DNA of 64,000 bases, taken from Sphagnum compactum. Its lineage: Eukaryota. The stretch lies in the NCBI GenBank assembly GCA_965153455.1, contig OZ234494.1, positions 7,192,001 to 7,256,000 of the forward strand, read 5' to 3'. The notes beneath the pieces were generated by a model. The model made no database searches, was not told where the DNA came from, and saw only the letters and a program-made list of their open reading frames with translations. Numbering within the stretch: the first letter of the stretch is position 1; the number at the start of each line of letters is the position of its first letter. Below, in pieces: positions 1-12,959 of the stretch. A program made the position numbers and the translations under genes.

Positions 1-164
1 ACACCCACAATGTGAATTTGCTTTATAATCAAGACCCCAAGTTTTGAAATTTTCTAATGCTGAAGAATGTTGGATCAAGTCATCAACACCCAAGTATTCT
101 AGCTACATGACTTCTGGAGGTTTGATGATCAGAGGAAATTTTATGATCTAGAGCAAGAACTTAC

Positions 165-376
165 TCGTAATCAAGGCTTTCGATGGGCGAAACCTTGGCT
201 CCAATCATGGCCAAATGGTTGATGCCATGATTCCCCTTTCCAATAGCTGAAGGTTCATGCAAATCTAAAGCAAGACTTGCTGCTTTCTCTGAGTCCTTGT
301 CAAAGAGTAGGGGTTGGTACAAATCAAGCTGTGGTGGATGCTCAGCAACCTCCACACGATCCCCATTTATGTCCAT
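165..376 (-). CDS. CLC: CLC-family chloride/nitrate channel-transporter, first coding exon (gene continues beyond the left edge)
   Basis: ATG at 376. Translation ends ...LAMIGAKVSPIESLDYE, matching the N-terminal GAxVxxIESLDYE motif of plant CLC-a/b/c proteins. It is followed by a GTAAGT donor (164-159), so the apparent stop in the ORF track lies inside the intron. Confidence 0.88.
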
Positions 377-3300
377 TCTTCAAATTTTCCCACAACCCAA
401 ATCACTGAACTTCACAAACTCTCTCCACAAATTTTTCACACTCCCCAACACAGCCACAAACTCCCAATTCAGATGAAACCCAACTACGAAGAACAGAGAG
501 TCTGATGACTCTTGCTCAATACTACACCAGCTTCCATGCAACAAAAATCAGAAAAAAAAGAGAGAGAAAAAGACTATCCCTCTGAATGATATGCACACAT
601 TCTCTACTGATTTCAATGCAAAAGAGGTCTGGTGGAAAAAAAAACACTAGAGAACTCTGCAGCAAGAGCAAAGAAGCCGAGTCATAACCAATTAGTAGTA
701 CTACACAAGGACTACACAAGGTAAATTGAACACATTTGTTGTGAAAATGTGCATTAGAAATGTAGTCTGAGAAAGAGTGAGTTGGAGAAAAATTGTTGGG
801 ATTTAAACTAAGAATTGTTGCAGCTCAATTGCATCAACAGTAGTAGCTAAGATCTACGTTTGAAAATAAAAGAAAAAGAAGTCATCCAAATGGAAATGTG
901 TGCTTTTAGAAAAACCAAGCAGTGCCAGAAAGTGAAGAAAGAGGAGCCGTGGCTTTTCTTTTCCTTTTTCTTTAATAGACAGGCTCGATTTTCCAAAAAG
1001 CCTGCCATCATTTTTTCATGGCATTGCAAAAACCCTTTTTTCAAAAGAGTGCGACGATTTTTTTTTTATGCTGTGTAAATCCAACCCTGCAGGCTTTACC
1101 CTACAGGAGCTTTCATGTTTCAAAAAGAGAAAGAGAAGACCTTGCTTGGTTTAAGCCAAAGTCTGTTGGAACTTTGGGCCTTCACTTTTTGACTCTCAAA
1201 CCAAGCCGGTGCCAATACCACCAGGTTTCCACCATATCTCTGGATATGCATTTACGTTTTTTTCACTTTGTTGTTGGTCTCTCAGTAGATTTTATTTTAT
1301 TTTTTTTCCTGGCGAATTTTCAGCACTTGGCAACCAAAACAAATCCAGCGCCAATTATACAAAGGATTTTTGTGCAAGAAATGCACCAAAGGAGCTAGAT
1401 TTCTTCAAGGGAATTTTTTTATGAAATAGCTGTCTTTCGATACTGGATTTCAGCAAGTTGCCACAAAATATAGCAGAATTCTTCATTTTTTCTACTTTTC
1501 TCTCTGACCTGTAGCCAAACTTGGCTACAATTTGTTGAATAAAAACAATTGTGTACACAAGCCAAAGCAGACAGCTCAGTAGACAAAAAGCCTGTTTCCT
1601 GCATGGACAAAACTTTTTATGGTCAATGAACACCCATGCGGCCTGCACCTCAAAAGCTGCTGTGCAAAGGAACACACCATTGTTAAGAGTTTTTCAATGC
1701 CTTCTTTTCTCCTTTTTGGAAAGGAGAAAGATGCCTACAAGCATCAAAAAGGGCAAAATGTGGGGTGCAATGCAAACCCCATCACTAACCTGGCCTCACA
1801 CAACAGGAAGTCTCCACTCTCCACCAGTGTTGGGCAGGTCTTTGATTTTGGACCAAACACCCACTGGAGGGTTAGACATGGTATATAGGAATATATAACT
1901 GGCAGAGGCCAAAATTTGAAACACTTGCCCCCAGCAAATAGAATTTTTGTGGTACCTGCACTTGACTCCTACCCAGCAAAATATCTTAAATTCAAATTAC
2001 AAACTTGAAAGTACTTTGCCGGTTCTTGCATGAAACCTGATGGTTCTTTGATTCTGATTTCCTCCAAATACCTGAAACCAGCCAGTTCTTTGATTCAGGT
2101 TTTTGAAATACCCAAAACTGGCTGTCACTAAAAAAATCAAGTAAACACACCTACACTGACCTCAACCTACACCCCTATTTGGGCCTCTACTAGTGTTTAC
2201 TACATTCCACGAAGAGTGTGGATTATACCCATACCCACCAATGAACATGAAAAATTGAACATCCACAAACTCTGCCTCTGTTACCTGTACCCACACTTTC
2301 ATTTTGACGCAAAAAATTTCCAAAAAAGTTAATAGAGTCAGAAATTCACACTTTCAAAATTAAGGAAATGAGGAGTTTTATGACCCACTGGAGAATAGGT
2401 TTCTGCCAAATTGGCACAACAAAAAGATTCCTTGAAAACATTGACACCATGTACTGATAAGTTCATTGTAGTGTTAATTTTCAAATATTGAATAATTTCT
2501 TTATCAAGGATTAGAACATAATAAAACAGCAGAAATATACTTTTACAGTCAAAACCTTTACAGTGACAAAACTGTTGATAAAAAATATCCACCCCAGAAA
2601 TTCTTTCAACCAGCATCATTTCTAGATTCACATTTGAGAATTCAACATATATAAATTTCTGCCAATTGCAAATCTTTTTGACAATGAGAATGTGGTTACC
2701 TGAAAAGTGTCAGAATTCAATGTGGAAAATCTCCAAAGCTATTCCCATACAACAAGCAAGAGATGTGGTTGCCTATGAGGCTTGAGACCACCTCCCCCTC
2801 TCACGTCCTCCATTCACAAGCCATCCCAACACTCTTGCCTAAACAGTTCTCCAGCAGTCCAGTGTTAAATCAACCTCTCAAAGAGTCATAACCAAGCATG
2901 ACATACTTTGTTGCAGTTCCTGTTGAGATGACACTAGCAACCTCATGCATGCATCTGCTCACAAGATTGTCTGGTAGAAACAAAAGGTTTCCTATGCTAT
3001 ACTATCCACATTAACTCATTCACTACCCAGAGTTCTTAAACCCAACAGAGTGCTACATACTATCTTTCACAGCATCAAAGAACACATTACTTCTCTTTTT
3101 CTCCCCAAAAGCCAACCCATAAGGTCCAGAACATGTAAAAACAGACACCCAAGAGTCCTCATTGGCTGCACAATACAAAAACTGACTGACCATGGTCATC
3201 ATTTAGAGAAAATACATTTGGCTTTTCAGCTACATTTTCTCTACTCCATAAAAACTAACTGACAACAGTCATTATTTAGAGAAAATATATCTGGCCCTTC

Positions 3301-3421
3301 AATTCCATTTTCTGTCCTCCACAGCACAAACCCTATAGACTCTTCCAGAACCTTGTGTCTACCTACTGAACATACCAAAATTGATTCCTTATGTTTGCTC
3401 AAGTGGATCAGTTTCACAATT

Positions 3422-6298
3422 TCACTTTTCTGGAATGGTTGGCTCCCCTAGATTTACAAATGCCTTGGCTCGAGCAAGGCGCCCTGCCACAGCCTCCCAG
3501 GAAATGAGCTTATCCAGAAATGTATTCAAGTAATCAGGCCGACGGTTCTGGTAGATCCCACCACCCAAATGTGTTATGCAAAACTCTGGTTGGGCATAGC
3601 AATCCACAGCACCATAGCAAGATTTTATTGCAAGTCTCTCTCCTTGCAAAATTTTAGGAGAGAGACTTGCAATGTAGTAATTTGGCCTGCTGATGCTGTT
3701 AGACACAAGTAAGACATATCAAGCTTGGACTTCCCCAGCAGAACTACTGGGCAAATATGGACAAAAAATATGTAATATTTCCACTGCAACAAGGACAGCC
3801 TTACTAACCTGAAAGTCAAGGTAATACGCATGCTGCAGCCCAACAAACCCCAAAATCCCATTAGTTCTAGAACTGTCACATTCAGATGACAATGATACAT
3901 GAATGTATGTCAGCATTAGCAAACAAGCCTGAATTATTTATAGTGTTGTAAGACCTACCCAATTCTTAAAGGTTCAAGAAAATCGAGGTTGACATCTGTT
4001 GCAGAGTTGAAGAGTGTGAACTTCCCTAAACCCTCTAGTCTTAATAAGCCATTAGAAGCTTTGAAAACCCTACCTGATCAAAAGACCCAACTCTCTGGAC
4101 CAATAGGCACTGCACCTCAAAACATGCAAATGTCCAAGGGAAACTGACCAAATGTACATGTTAACATTGCAACCAAAAAAAAAGTATATACATACCTCCC
4201 AGACATCCACAACCGTCAATGGCTGCAACATGTCAAGCAGCATAAGTTAAAGTTGTATTTTGTTCACAACACAAGAAACCAAGGTAACTTTGACCTTCAC
4301 TTGTCACAAAGCAGAAGTTGTAGAATGTAGGTATCCTGCTGAAGTTGCAACAAACAAAAAACAACTTCCTTACAATGTATCCCCAGATGAGAGGGTTGAG
4401 AGCATTCGAGGTCTTCAAAACTGAAAGCTTTGCATCCTTCACTGCACTCTCACAGAAGACTTCAATGTTAGTCTAAGACCCATCTGCAGGAGAGCATAAC
4501 AGGTTCTTCTTGACTGTATCCACTCAGGATCAAAACTGCTAAGGAGGACAGTGGCAACAAGCATTTGAGTCACCAACAAAATGGTCGTGCACTTACATAT
4601 CAGCCACACCCAGCCAGAGCCAAACTGACTCACACCTGCAGCCTTGAACTCCTTTGCAAACTCCTCAAACGACCCAAAATCTCGCTCAATCAACTCCAGC
4701 ACCTCACCATCAGGTTGTCCACCACCACCCGGATATATTGATGACCAGAAGAAGTCATGATTCCATGCCTGAAGGTAGTTGGACCATCCATCCAATCAAT
4801 GAACCAGCACTGTAGTGCAAAACTGCCACAGTAGTATTCATAATTCATGGATTTGAAGGTTTCTATGAATTCCAAATAGCAAAAAATATTCTAACTTCCA
4901 ATTTTACATCAAATGAAGAGGTGGAAGTTGAACCTGGCCAGCATTATTGAAGCAAGCTTGTGGATTCCCATTGTTGTAGGACAACTTCACAAGCTCTTCA
5001 AGGTTTTTCCTTTCTAAATCTGTGCCATCAATTTGCTTATTGAGGTTATCAATGTATGCCCTATGATGTTTGCCCCAATGAAATTCCAGTGTCTGCTTGC
5101 TCATGTGCGGCTCCAACGCATCCTGCCCTTACACACAAAACCCAAGTTCAGAAAAACCCCAATTATTTCAACTCCTTATCACATTACCAGAATGGTTTCG
5201 TTACATATTGAAGCATGCTTTTTTTTAACAAAAGGGTAGCAGGACTCACAAGGGCATAGGGAGGTGTTCGCAGTTCAAATTTTGCCATAGGAAGCACCAC
5301 TTGCTGTGGCCTCCATGCTGCCCTTCTCTGCAGAGATTCAAATCATCTAGGTTGTCAGAACCTCTCGCACAATTGCTGCACACATTACACAGATTAGTGC
5401 TGTTTGTCAATGTAAAAGAAAGGCACTCCAATCAAGACAAATCAGATCATGGTTCTGCGGCATAGTGAGACTTTGGGAAAGGGTTTAAGGTTTAGGGTTT
5501 TAGGGTGCACTCCTACTACTTCTATGCACAAATCTGATTGAGCTTAACAAATGATGGCATGGAATTATCTGAATCTTTTTCCTTTTTTCATGTGGGGCTC
5601 AAGGACAGCAATCTGGAGCTAGGATCACCAAACCTGAGATCCACTCAGACACATGATTTGAGGCAAGAGAATTCTCAATTCCATAACGAAGTGATGAGGA
5701 CTGCTTCGTACAACTTTCGAGCAACAAGTTTCAAGCCCTAAACCCTAAACTCTAAAGTCCTGGTCAAGAAACAGAACATACTTAGACTTCACATATTCTC
5801 TGCATGTAAAGCTTGATTATATGACTAGATTTGTGAAAGAGAATTCTCAAATTCCAAAACGAAGTGATGAGGACCGTTTTGCACAACGTTCGAGCAACAA
5901 GTTTCAAACACTAAACCCTTCCCAAAAGTCCTGGACAAGAAACAGAACATAAGACCCTAACATATTCTCTGCATGCGTGCCAAGCCTGATTATATGACTA
6001 CAGCAGTGACTGGCCCCCAGCCAGGACCACGCTACAAAGCCACAGTTCCAACAGGAAGCCAAAGCACGAAAGTGTAGAGTCGAAAACACCGCACCAAAAT
6101 GACTGTACTCACACAGACACAGACATCGCGTGTGCTGATAATATAATATAATGTGAGGAACATCAGCTTCGAAACAGAAATCTCAAGACAAGACATTGTT
6201 CAGAAATTACATAACTCGGGAGAGGAGCGGCGGCCGGAGAGGGGAAGCAAGCGTGGACGATAGAAGAGGGAGCTCGTGCACGTCGCCGTGGCTGCCAT
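3422..6298 (-). CDS. FSD3: Plastid iron superoxide dismutase, FSD3-like
   Basis: GT-AG exons 5327-5250, 5122-4934, 4768-4597, 4441-4374, 4222-4196, 3832-3809 and 3547-3422 join in frame: [32 protein letters not shown]...[14 protein letters not shown]...QFGSGWVWL...[18 protein letters not shown]...[17 protein letters not shown]. All metal ligands are present, the NNAGQ Gln is Fe-type, and the VNLGEP tail is FSD3-like. A likely transit-peptide exon starts at ATG 6298 ([18 protein letters not shown]...); its exact splicing to 5327 is unresolved. Confidence 0.93.
5667..6000. repeat. ~170-bp tandem duplication in a 5' intron of the FeSOD gene
   Basis: AGAATTCTCAA..AACGAAGTGATGAGGAC..TTCGAGCAACAAGTTTCAA..CAAGAAACAGAACATA..CATATTCTCTGCATG..TGATTATATGACTA occurs at ~5667-5827 and again at ~5840-6000. 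Confidence 0.85.
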
Positions 6299-6435
6299 CG
6301 CTGCTCCCCCCTCTCTTCTCTCTTGTGCATTCCATGTTTCTCCCAGCTGCCCGAGATTATATATCTGCACATAGTTGTTACTGCGGGCAGGACAAAGTAC
6401 TGCCTGGTTTTGTTTTCCTTGTCTGCCCGTAGGCT

Positions 6436-6722
6436 CTATCCATCTTTTTCTTAAAAAGATCGTTCATGTCTGGGTATCATCCATCTTCATCTTCATCAGC
6501 AAAAGATGGATGATACCACACACTTGCTTTAGACCCATGATATGCATGTTTGGGCCCAATCCATCTTTTTTCAAAAGATCATCCATTTTCAACAAAAAAG
6601 ATGGATGATACCCATACACACTTTGGACCCATGTTATGCACATTTTGGCCTCATCCCTCTTTTTTTCAAAAAGATCATCCATGTTTAGGTATCATCCATC
6701 TTCATAAAAAATAGATGGATAA
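6436..6722. repeat. Foldback/MITE-like block of short inverted repeats upstream of FeSOD
   Basis: Recurrent ATCATCCATC...AAAAGATGGATGAT pairs at ~6476-6513, ~6578-6610 and ~6691-6722. Confidence 0.55.
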
Positions 6723-8879
6723 TAATACTGCACACAACCCTAAACCCTAAACCCTTCTAACTACTGTATATGTACCTCCCCAAACTCTGTCATAATTTGA
6801 TCTCTTGCAACATTATGGTGCTACCACCCATCCATTTCCAGCTCTTTTAAAACCATCCTCAAGATACAATTTTGCTTTCTTTAAGACATTATTGTTGCTA
6901 CATACCTAATTTGAAGAAGCAACATTATCTGAAGTGTTCCCTTATTTAGACTTGCCTTCCTTCTTGCTAATATGCCTAAGATTTGATTCTAAGCTAATTT
7001 GCACATGGTGGCACCACACTATAGTCCTATTATCGAGAGACTGTAATGGCATTGTTTGGGCATAGGGTCTGTCGCAATGATCTTACTGCCAATGCATTAG
7101 AAGGATGTGGATGTCTAGTTGGCTGCATCAAGGGTGAAATGAAGAAGATTTCAAACAATTGATTTCAAAAAATACATTCCGACTGATCAGATCATAGAAA
7201 ATTAGATTTTGCACTACTCAACATATTTATTTCTTTGCAAGTTTCATGAGGTAAGTACACCCATAAACCACAATGTTTTCTTATGCATTTCAGTGTTATT
7301 CGTTTTATGGGTTTTATGTTCAATCATGGTTGGTTCATGCATTTTAATGTGATAATTTAGGGTTTAGGAAGGTGACAGTTGATCAACGAAGGGCTAGTGT
7401 GCTTCGGTCAAGTTTTTCCAAGCGTGTTAGCAATGCTGGATGGGAGACCTTGAGTAGGGCAAGATATGCCATTGATGAGAAGTTGGCTTGAGAGGGAGAG
7501 GTTGAAAGCGAAAATGATGTTTTTTTTATGCCACCAAAAAGCCCCCAAATAGAAGATCCCAATTGTAATGTAGTTTCATATACCCAAGCTCATTTAGAAG
7601 TGAATGGTGTTGTGCACGCTTATGTTGTTAAACAACTAACAAATTTAGAAATTGTTCATTCTTTAAAGTCTCATGCACTAGAGTTGTCTAAATCAAAACA
7701 ATCTTGGAAATCTATTAAAGTCATCAAATTAGGGGTAGTAAATCACCATTAGTACCCCCTAGATTTGATCATAGTCGAAGAGAGGACCATAAATTATCCC
7801 ACTTTGTGGAGGGTGAGCAAAAGATATCCACATCCAAGCCACTACATCAACCTTTGCAAATCCGAGTTCTAGGGGATAGCCAACCCCCTTCCACTTTTAC
7901 AATCATCAAAGTTGAAATTCCATCAACCAAATTTGTTTTTTGCCACTAAAACACAGTAGATGTTTCCATTTCTTGGTTATGTTTTGTCAGTTTTTTGTTG
8001 GGTTTAAATGGGTTATTTTTTCAGAATAAAATTTCCTTAGCACATGGTGCTTTTATGAAATTCCTTTCAAAGCCTATGGCCATGGTTTCATATGCAGTTG
8101 ATTACTACTTAAAAGAAATGATTAAAAAATGTAGCAAGTCCTATTGAAAGTATGTGTGCCTTGACACTTTAGTCATGGGTATTGCCATAACAAACAATCT
8201 TAGTTCCATAACTTGGTTCTAGAGTTGACATTTAATAAAGCCATGGGTATCTTAGTTTTGACTCTTTTAATATTACTATGAAAGGTGCTTATGGTTGTAA
8301 TTTAGGTGCTAATGTTTAAGGCTTAAGGAATTGATGCTATTGTTTTCAAATATTTTATTTGAACCTCTAACTCACTTGTTGGGATCTGTATGTATATTTA
8401 ATTTTGGTTGTTGTGTTAGGTTGTTGGAACATATAGTAACACCATGAAGAAGTTACCGAAAGTGGTGAAATTTGCACGATCTAGTAAGGAGACTAGATTA
8501 AGTGAAGATGAAACAGAGACAATCACTAGTCTAGAGAAAAGTATTAAATCAATTAAAAACATTGATTATATTATCAATTAGTTGTTGAAGAATCCTCCCC
8601 CTAATGCTTTTCCTTTCAATGATTTCAAGGATTTTCACAACTTGTCGCATGAAAGAATTAACCGCCATAGGTTGAAAATTGGCAAGGATGTTTTGGAAAC
8701 AGAAATGATTCAGGTGTTTGGCCATGCCAGAGGAAGAAGTGGGTATTTTTTTGAAAATGTCCATGATGATAAGGTGTTGGATAGGATTAAAGAGTTATAT
8801 CCTATTGTGTATGGCAAATATACTATCTCAAAGTCTTAAGCTACTAAGGAAGGAATTTGCAAAGGGGATTGTGGTAGAG

Positions 8880-10143
8880 GTGGCACTATTATGGCACCTA
8901 TCATTAAACTGACCAAAAAAACAAAGACTTGTTTCTAGATAGAGGAGTGTTAGAAGGCTTGGGAGTTGATCAAATAAAAATATATTGAAGCATCGATATT
9001 GAAATCACCAAATTGGAAGGTGGAGTTTCATGTTCATGCATATGCATCATAACTAGTTATAGGAGCTAAGTTGTTACAGAATTTGATAGGGAAGAGTGAT
9101 CAACTGGTGGTGTATGCTTCTAGATTTCTAAACAAAGCAGAACAAAGTTATGGCACAACAGAAAGAGAAGCTTTAGCAATGGTTTTTGCTTTGCCCAAAT
9201 TTAGACATTATTTGTTGGGTAATAAGTTTGTATTTTATGTAGATCATGTGGCATTGGTCTATTTGGTCAACAAACCACAAGTTTAAAGGATAATAGCTAG
9301 GTGGTTGTTATTGTTCTTAGAATATGACTTCACAATAGTGTATAAGCTAGGCATAACTCATGTAGTTGCAGATGTATTGTTAAAACTACTAGACATTATA
9401 AAACTCATAGGTGTGCCTGATCAAACCACAGATGCAAGTCTATTTTACACAAAGCCAGAATGGCTAAATGATGTAAAAGATTTTATGAAAATAGGGCAAA
9501 TTGAGGGAACATTATATGTACAATAGAAATAGAGACTAGTAAGGAGAGTAGAACCTTTCGCATTGAAGAATGGTGAATTGTATAGAATGGGCCAAGACAA
9601 TAGATTACAAAGATGTTTGACAACTACAGAAAGCATAGATGGTGATGAGAGAACTGCACAAAGGACCATCAGGAGGTCATTTTACAACTGAAATCATGAA
9701 GAGGAAGATATTGGATGCAAGATATTGGTGGCCAACTCTGTACAAAAATGTGAATGATTACTGCATATCTTGTGATGCATGCCAAATAATAGGAGGATCG
9801 ACAACTCAAGGTTTTGCAAAGTTAGTCACGAGTCTTCTAGAGGAACCATTTATGACATGGGTACTTGATTAAATGTGGGGCTGATTAAGCTAGTAGGTAG
9901 ATATATATGAACAAATACATTCTTGTAGCCATAGATTCTGCTACTAAGTGGGTGGAAGTAAGAGCATTGAAAACCAATACTGCAACCGTAACAACAAAAT
10001 TTTTATATGAGTGCATATTAACTAGGTTTGGATGTCCTTTAACTATAGTCATAGATTAAGGGGTTCATTTCAATTAATGATGTTATCAAATATTTGATTT
10101 TAATTTTCTGTTGAAACATGTGAGTTCTACAACCTATTATCCT
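8880..10143 (+). mobile_element. Degenerate Ty3/gypsy LTR-retrotransposon pol fragment (RT C-terminus, RNase H, integrase)
   Basis: YASRFLNKAEQSYGTTEREALAMVFALPKFRHYLLGNKFVFYVDH (RNase H). ELHKGPSGGHF...YWWPTLYK..NDYCISCDACQ (integrase H2C2). [14 protein letters not shown]...[12 protein letters not shown] (integrase core). RT-RH-INT order is gypsy-type. Many stops; truncated at STTYYP. Confidence 0.92.
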
Positions 10144-10680
10144 TACTACTAAGAGATGTGGTCCTAGTTAGTACACGGTCCACTCATTTTTTAGTGGATT
10201 AGACCAATTCCATTATAGTGACATAGTGGAATGGGCTAGTGATTGGGGTTGTGTGGCAACGACCAGTGGAACCCTAGTGGATTGGTCTACTGATACTATC
10301 TACCACAATCATGGAAAACCATCCAACGGTCCATATTGGGCCTTCTTTGTCATTAGATCAAATGATTAATTTAAAATATGGCAAGTTTTTCTCCATTGAA
10401 ATGATGCCATGTGGCATGTGTAGGCATTCATTTGATGTGTTGCCACATGGCAAGCATAGGCATCCAAGTATATGTTGCCATGTGGCAAACATTAGACATC
10501 CAATGAGGTGTTGCCATGTGGCAAGGCTAGGCCGATGCACCTATCCACTAGGTACCTAGGTAGCTAGACCTATGGACCTAGGTACTTAGGCCTGGTCAGC
10601 CTAAGTTAAAAAACTTAACCTACTAGGTGGCTAGCATGGCTAGTGAAACCTAGTAAGCCTAACCTAGGTTGGTTTCGCCA
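10144..10680 (+). mobile_element. Candidate CACTA-like left terminus and subterminal repeat region of a large DNA transposon
   Basis: The gypsy integrase stops abruptly at TACTACTAAGAG (10144), which resembles CACTACTATAGA at 28363. It is followed by clustered TGCCATGTGGCA/TGCCACATGGCA palindromes and CCTAGG runs. No right terminus was identified. Confidence 0.45.
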
Positions 10681-10695
10681 ATTAGGTTGCAAGAT

Positions 10696-10760
10696 TTAGA
10701 ACTTGAACCTCTCACCTCCACTTTGAGGGGCCAAGTCCTCACCCATTGCACCACTTCCTT
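10696..10760 (-). other. tRNA-like (Pol III A-box/B-box) relic inside TE DNA
   Basis: Minus strand reads GGAAGTGGTGCAATGGGTGAGGAC...GGAGGTGAGAGGTTCAAGTTC, with an A-box-like TGGTGCAATGG and a B-box-like GGTTCAAGTTC. No convincing cloverleaf. Confidence 0.45.
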
Positions 10761-11769
10761 TTTATGTGAAATAACATGTCAACAAAAACTCATAACACAT
10801 TTAATTAATTTAGGACTTTACAAAAGTTCGAAAATGCTAACACATAAATTTCAATGTTAAATTTTTTAGTCTTTCAATTATAAATGACTTGCTAGTCACC
10901 AAGAAAAAGTTTGCTAACCATAAGAAAAAGCTTTTGAAAAACTACAAGTTACATTCCAAGTTGTACAAATTAAATTTTGAAGACACCGTGGCAAGTTGTT
11001 TAAGAAAAACAAAAAGAATTTGAATGATGAATTAATGAAATACAATTTACATAGATCAAACAAACATTATATTCAATATTAGAAAATTCAATTTGAATCT
11101 TCAGGTGTGTGGCCATTAGGCTTGGAACGAGATGAAAAGAAGTTGCAATAATTAAAAAATCCTGAAATTTATATAACAAGAGAAAAAGTTGTGAAATATA
11201 TTCATGTTGTATATTACATTGAACAACCTTCATTAAATGTTTTAGATACAAATTGGACTTGGTGGCCACCAGGTTGTCCAAACAGTTGTCCTAAATTTTT
11301 AGGAGTCCTGAGATAGAATATCCATTATATTAAAAATCTTTGTATGGCAACCTAAAGGGCACTTTAAATTTGTGGATAATTTTAAACACAATGTGAAATG
11401 TTCCTAGTGTTAGAAGTTTTGTGACTGTCCATACTTGAATTTGCAACAATAACGACACCGTTTCGGAATTAAAAATTGATTAACAAACATTGTTTTTCCC
11501 CTTTCATAGATGCAAACAATGTTGTGTACTTTACGAACAACGATCCAATTCAACTACACAGAAAAGTCAAAACCAAAAAACAACTGCATATTAAAACATA
11601 TAACAATTATATGTAAAGTAACAAAAAATGTAAAAAATAAATAAAATAAAAATGGAATGATTTAGATTACATACTTAAATAGGGCTACTTCTTGCGAACA
11701 TCAACAATATCATTATACATATAATAGAGGAACCAAGAATAATTTTTCGACGAAGAATTTAAACAAGGC

Positions 11770-12360
11770 TTAGAATACTTAACCATAAAGTCATAATGAA
11801 CTTGAACCATTTTGGCCAGTGGCAATCTGACCAAGGGTGGCCACAAATGGGATGGCAGGTCTAACCATTGCACTTTATTTTTTGACAACATCTATCCCTT
11901 GAATGATTCAAGAAAAAGACCAGTCCATTTCAGATTCTGAAGCGCCTCGTTGGGTTCATCGTCAATTAACAATGTTTGATCTTCATTTCCATAATCTTTC
12001 CCATGGCAAACATAATAAACACATTTCAAATCTTTTAAGGAATAGTGGGACCCATGTGAAATTTCACCAGACGTTTTGGAGCATTGTTCACGTCCTTAAT
12101 TGAAAACGAATCGCAAGAAACTTTTAGGCATGAGCATGGGAAGAACTTCCAATACATCCTCATAATTCATACAAGACCAAATTGCAATATGAAACTTTTG
12201 AAATGCCTTACTGAGAAAATTCTCCACTTTAGCTCTAACTTCCATTTTGGTCTTGTCAACATTTTTTCCAAACACTTTAGCATTCCTTTGTAGAATAATT
12301 TAAGGTGGGAAATAACACAACATGCCATTGACGCTGAAAACCAACAAGTTTGTAGGCTCA
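11770..12360 (-). pseudogene. FCP1/NIF-like HAD phosphatase pseudogene (copy 2)
   Basis: Frame-shifted pieces: NLLVFSVNGMLCYF (degenerate DxDx motif I), RAKVENFLSKAFQKFHIAIWS, DQTLLIDDEPNEALQN (motif IV, ~11975-11945). Confidence 0.7.
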
Positions 12361-12959
12361 AGAGATAACGAATGTAGACATGAACACATTGAATTGCCTT
12401 TGACCACTACAGTCAGCTTGGATGAAACATTGAACTAAAACAATAAAAAAACTGGTCAACAAAATGAATTAAACATGTGGGAAAGGATAATGTGCTATCA
12501 AGATTTACAATAATAAATTAAGAGCAAAATGTCCATGTGCTAACAATAAATATTTTTGTAAGTTAAATATCTAGATAACAATATGCAAGAAAACATCAGG
12601 CAGCCGCTAGGTGACCTAATAATAGATGGAAGAAAATGATACTTAAAAAAGTCATTAAAATACAATGGAATTACTAAACTATGTGCATGAGGCGCTTGGT
12701 GGCCACAAGGCCATTTGCATTAAAATTTTAGAATAATTTATGAAAGACTAACAATATGTTTGTGAAATGCCCAATTATCAAATTAGAACTAGTGGACGCT
12801 TGTGGGAGAGTAAATGATATGGAACAATCCTTACATTGGACTTTAGTACATTAGGCAAGAAAACAATTGATGAAGATAAAACATGCACCCATCGAAATTC
12901 AAGTTAGTAAACCATCCATTCATAATGATTCCATAATAAATAAATAAAATAATTCATCT

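Noticed and set aside
500-3300. Many 60-126 aa ORFs between CLC and FeSOD
   Set aside because: Overlapping, often non-ATG starts, low complexity and no motifs; likely promoter, UTR and small-repeat DNA.
5485-5505. TTTAGGG/AAACCCT motifs as interstitial telomere (also ~5737 and ~6737)
   Set aside because: Only 2-3 imperfect units; ordinary telo-box-like motifs common near plant gene 5' ends.
5688-5992. C/D-box snoRNA pair (GTGATGA ... CTGA) in the duplicated intron segment
   Set aside because: The boxes are antisense to the host gene, the D box is not conserved in the first copy, and no terminal stem or rRNA guide was recognised.
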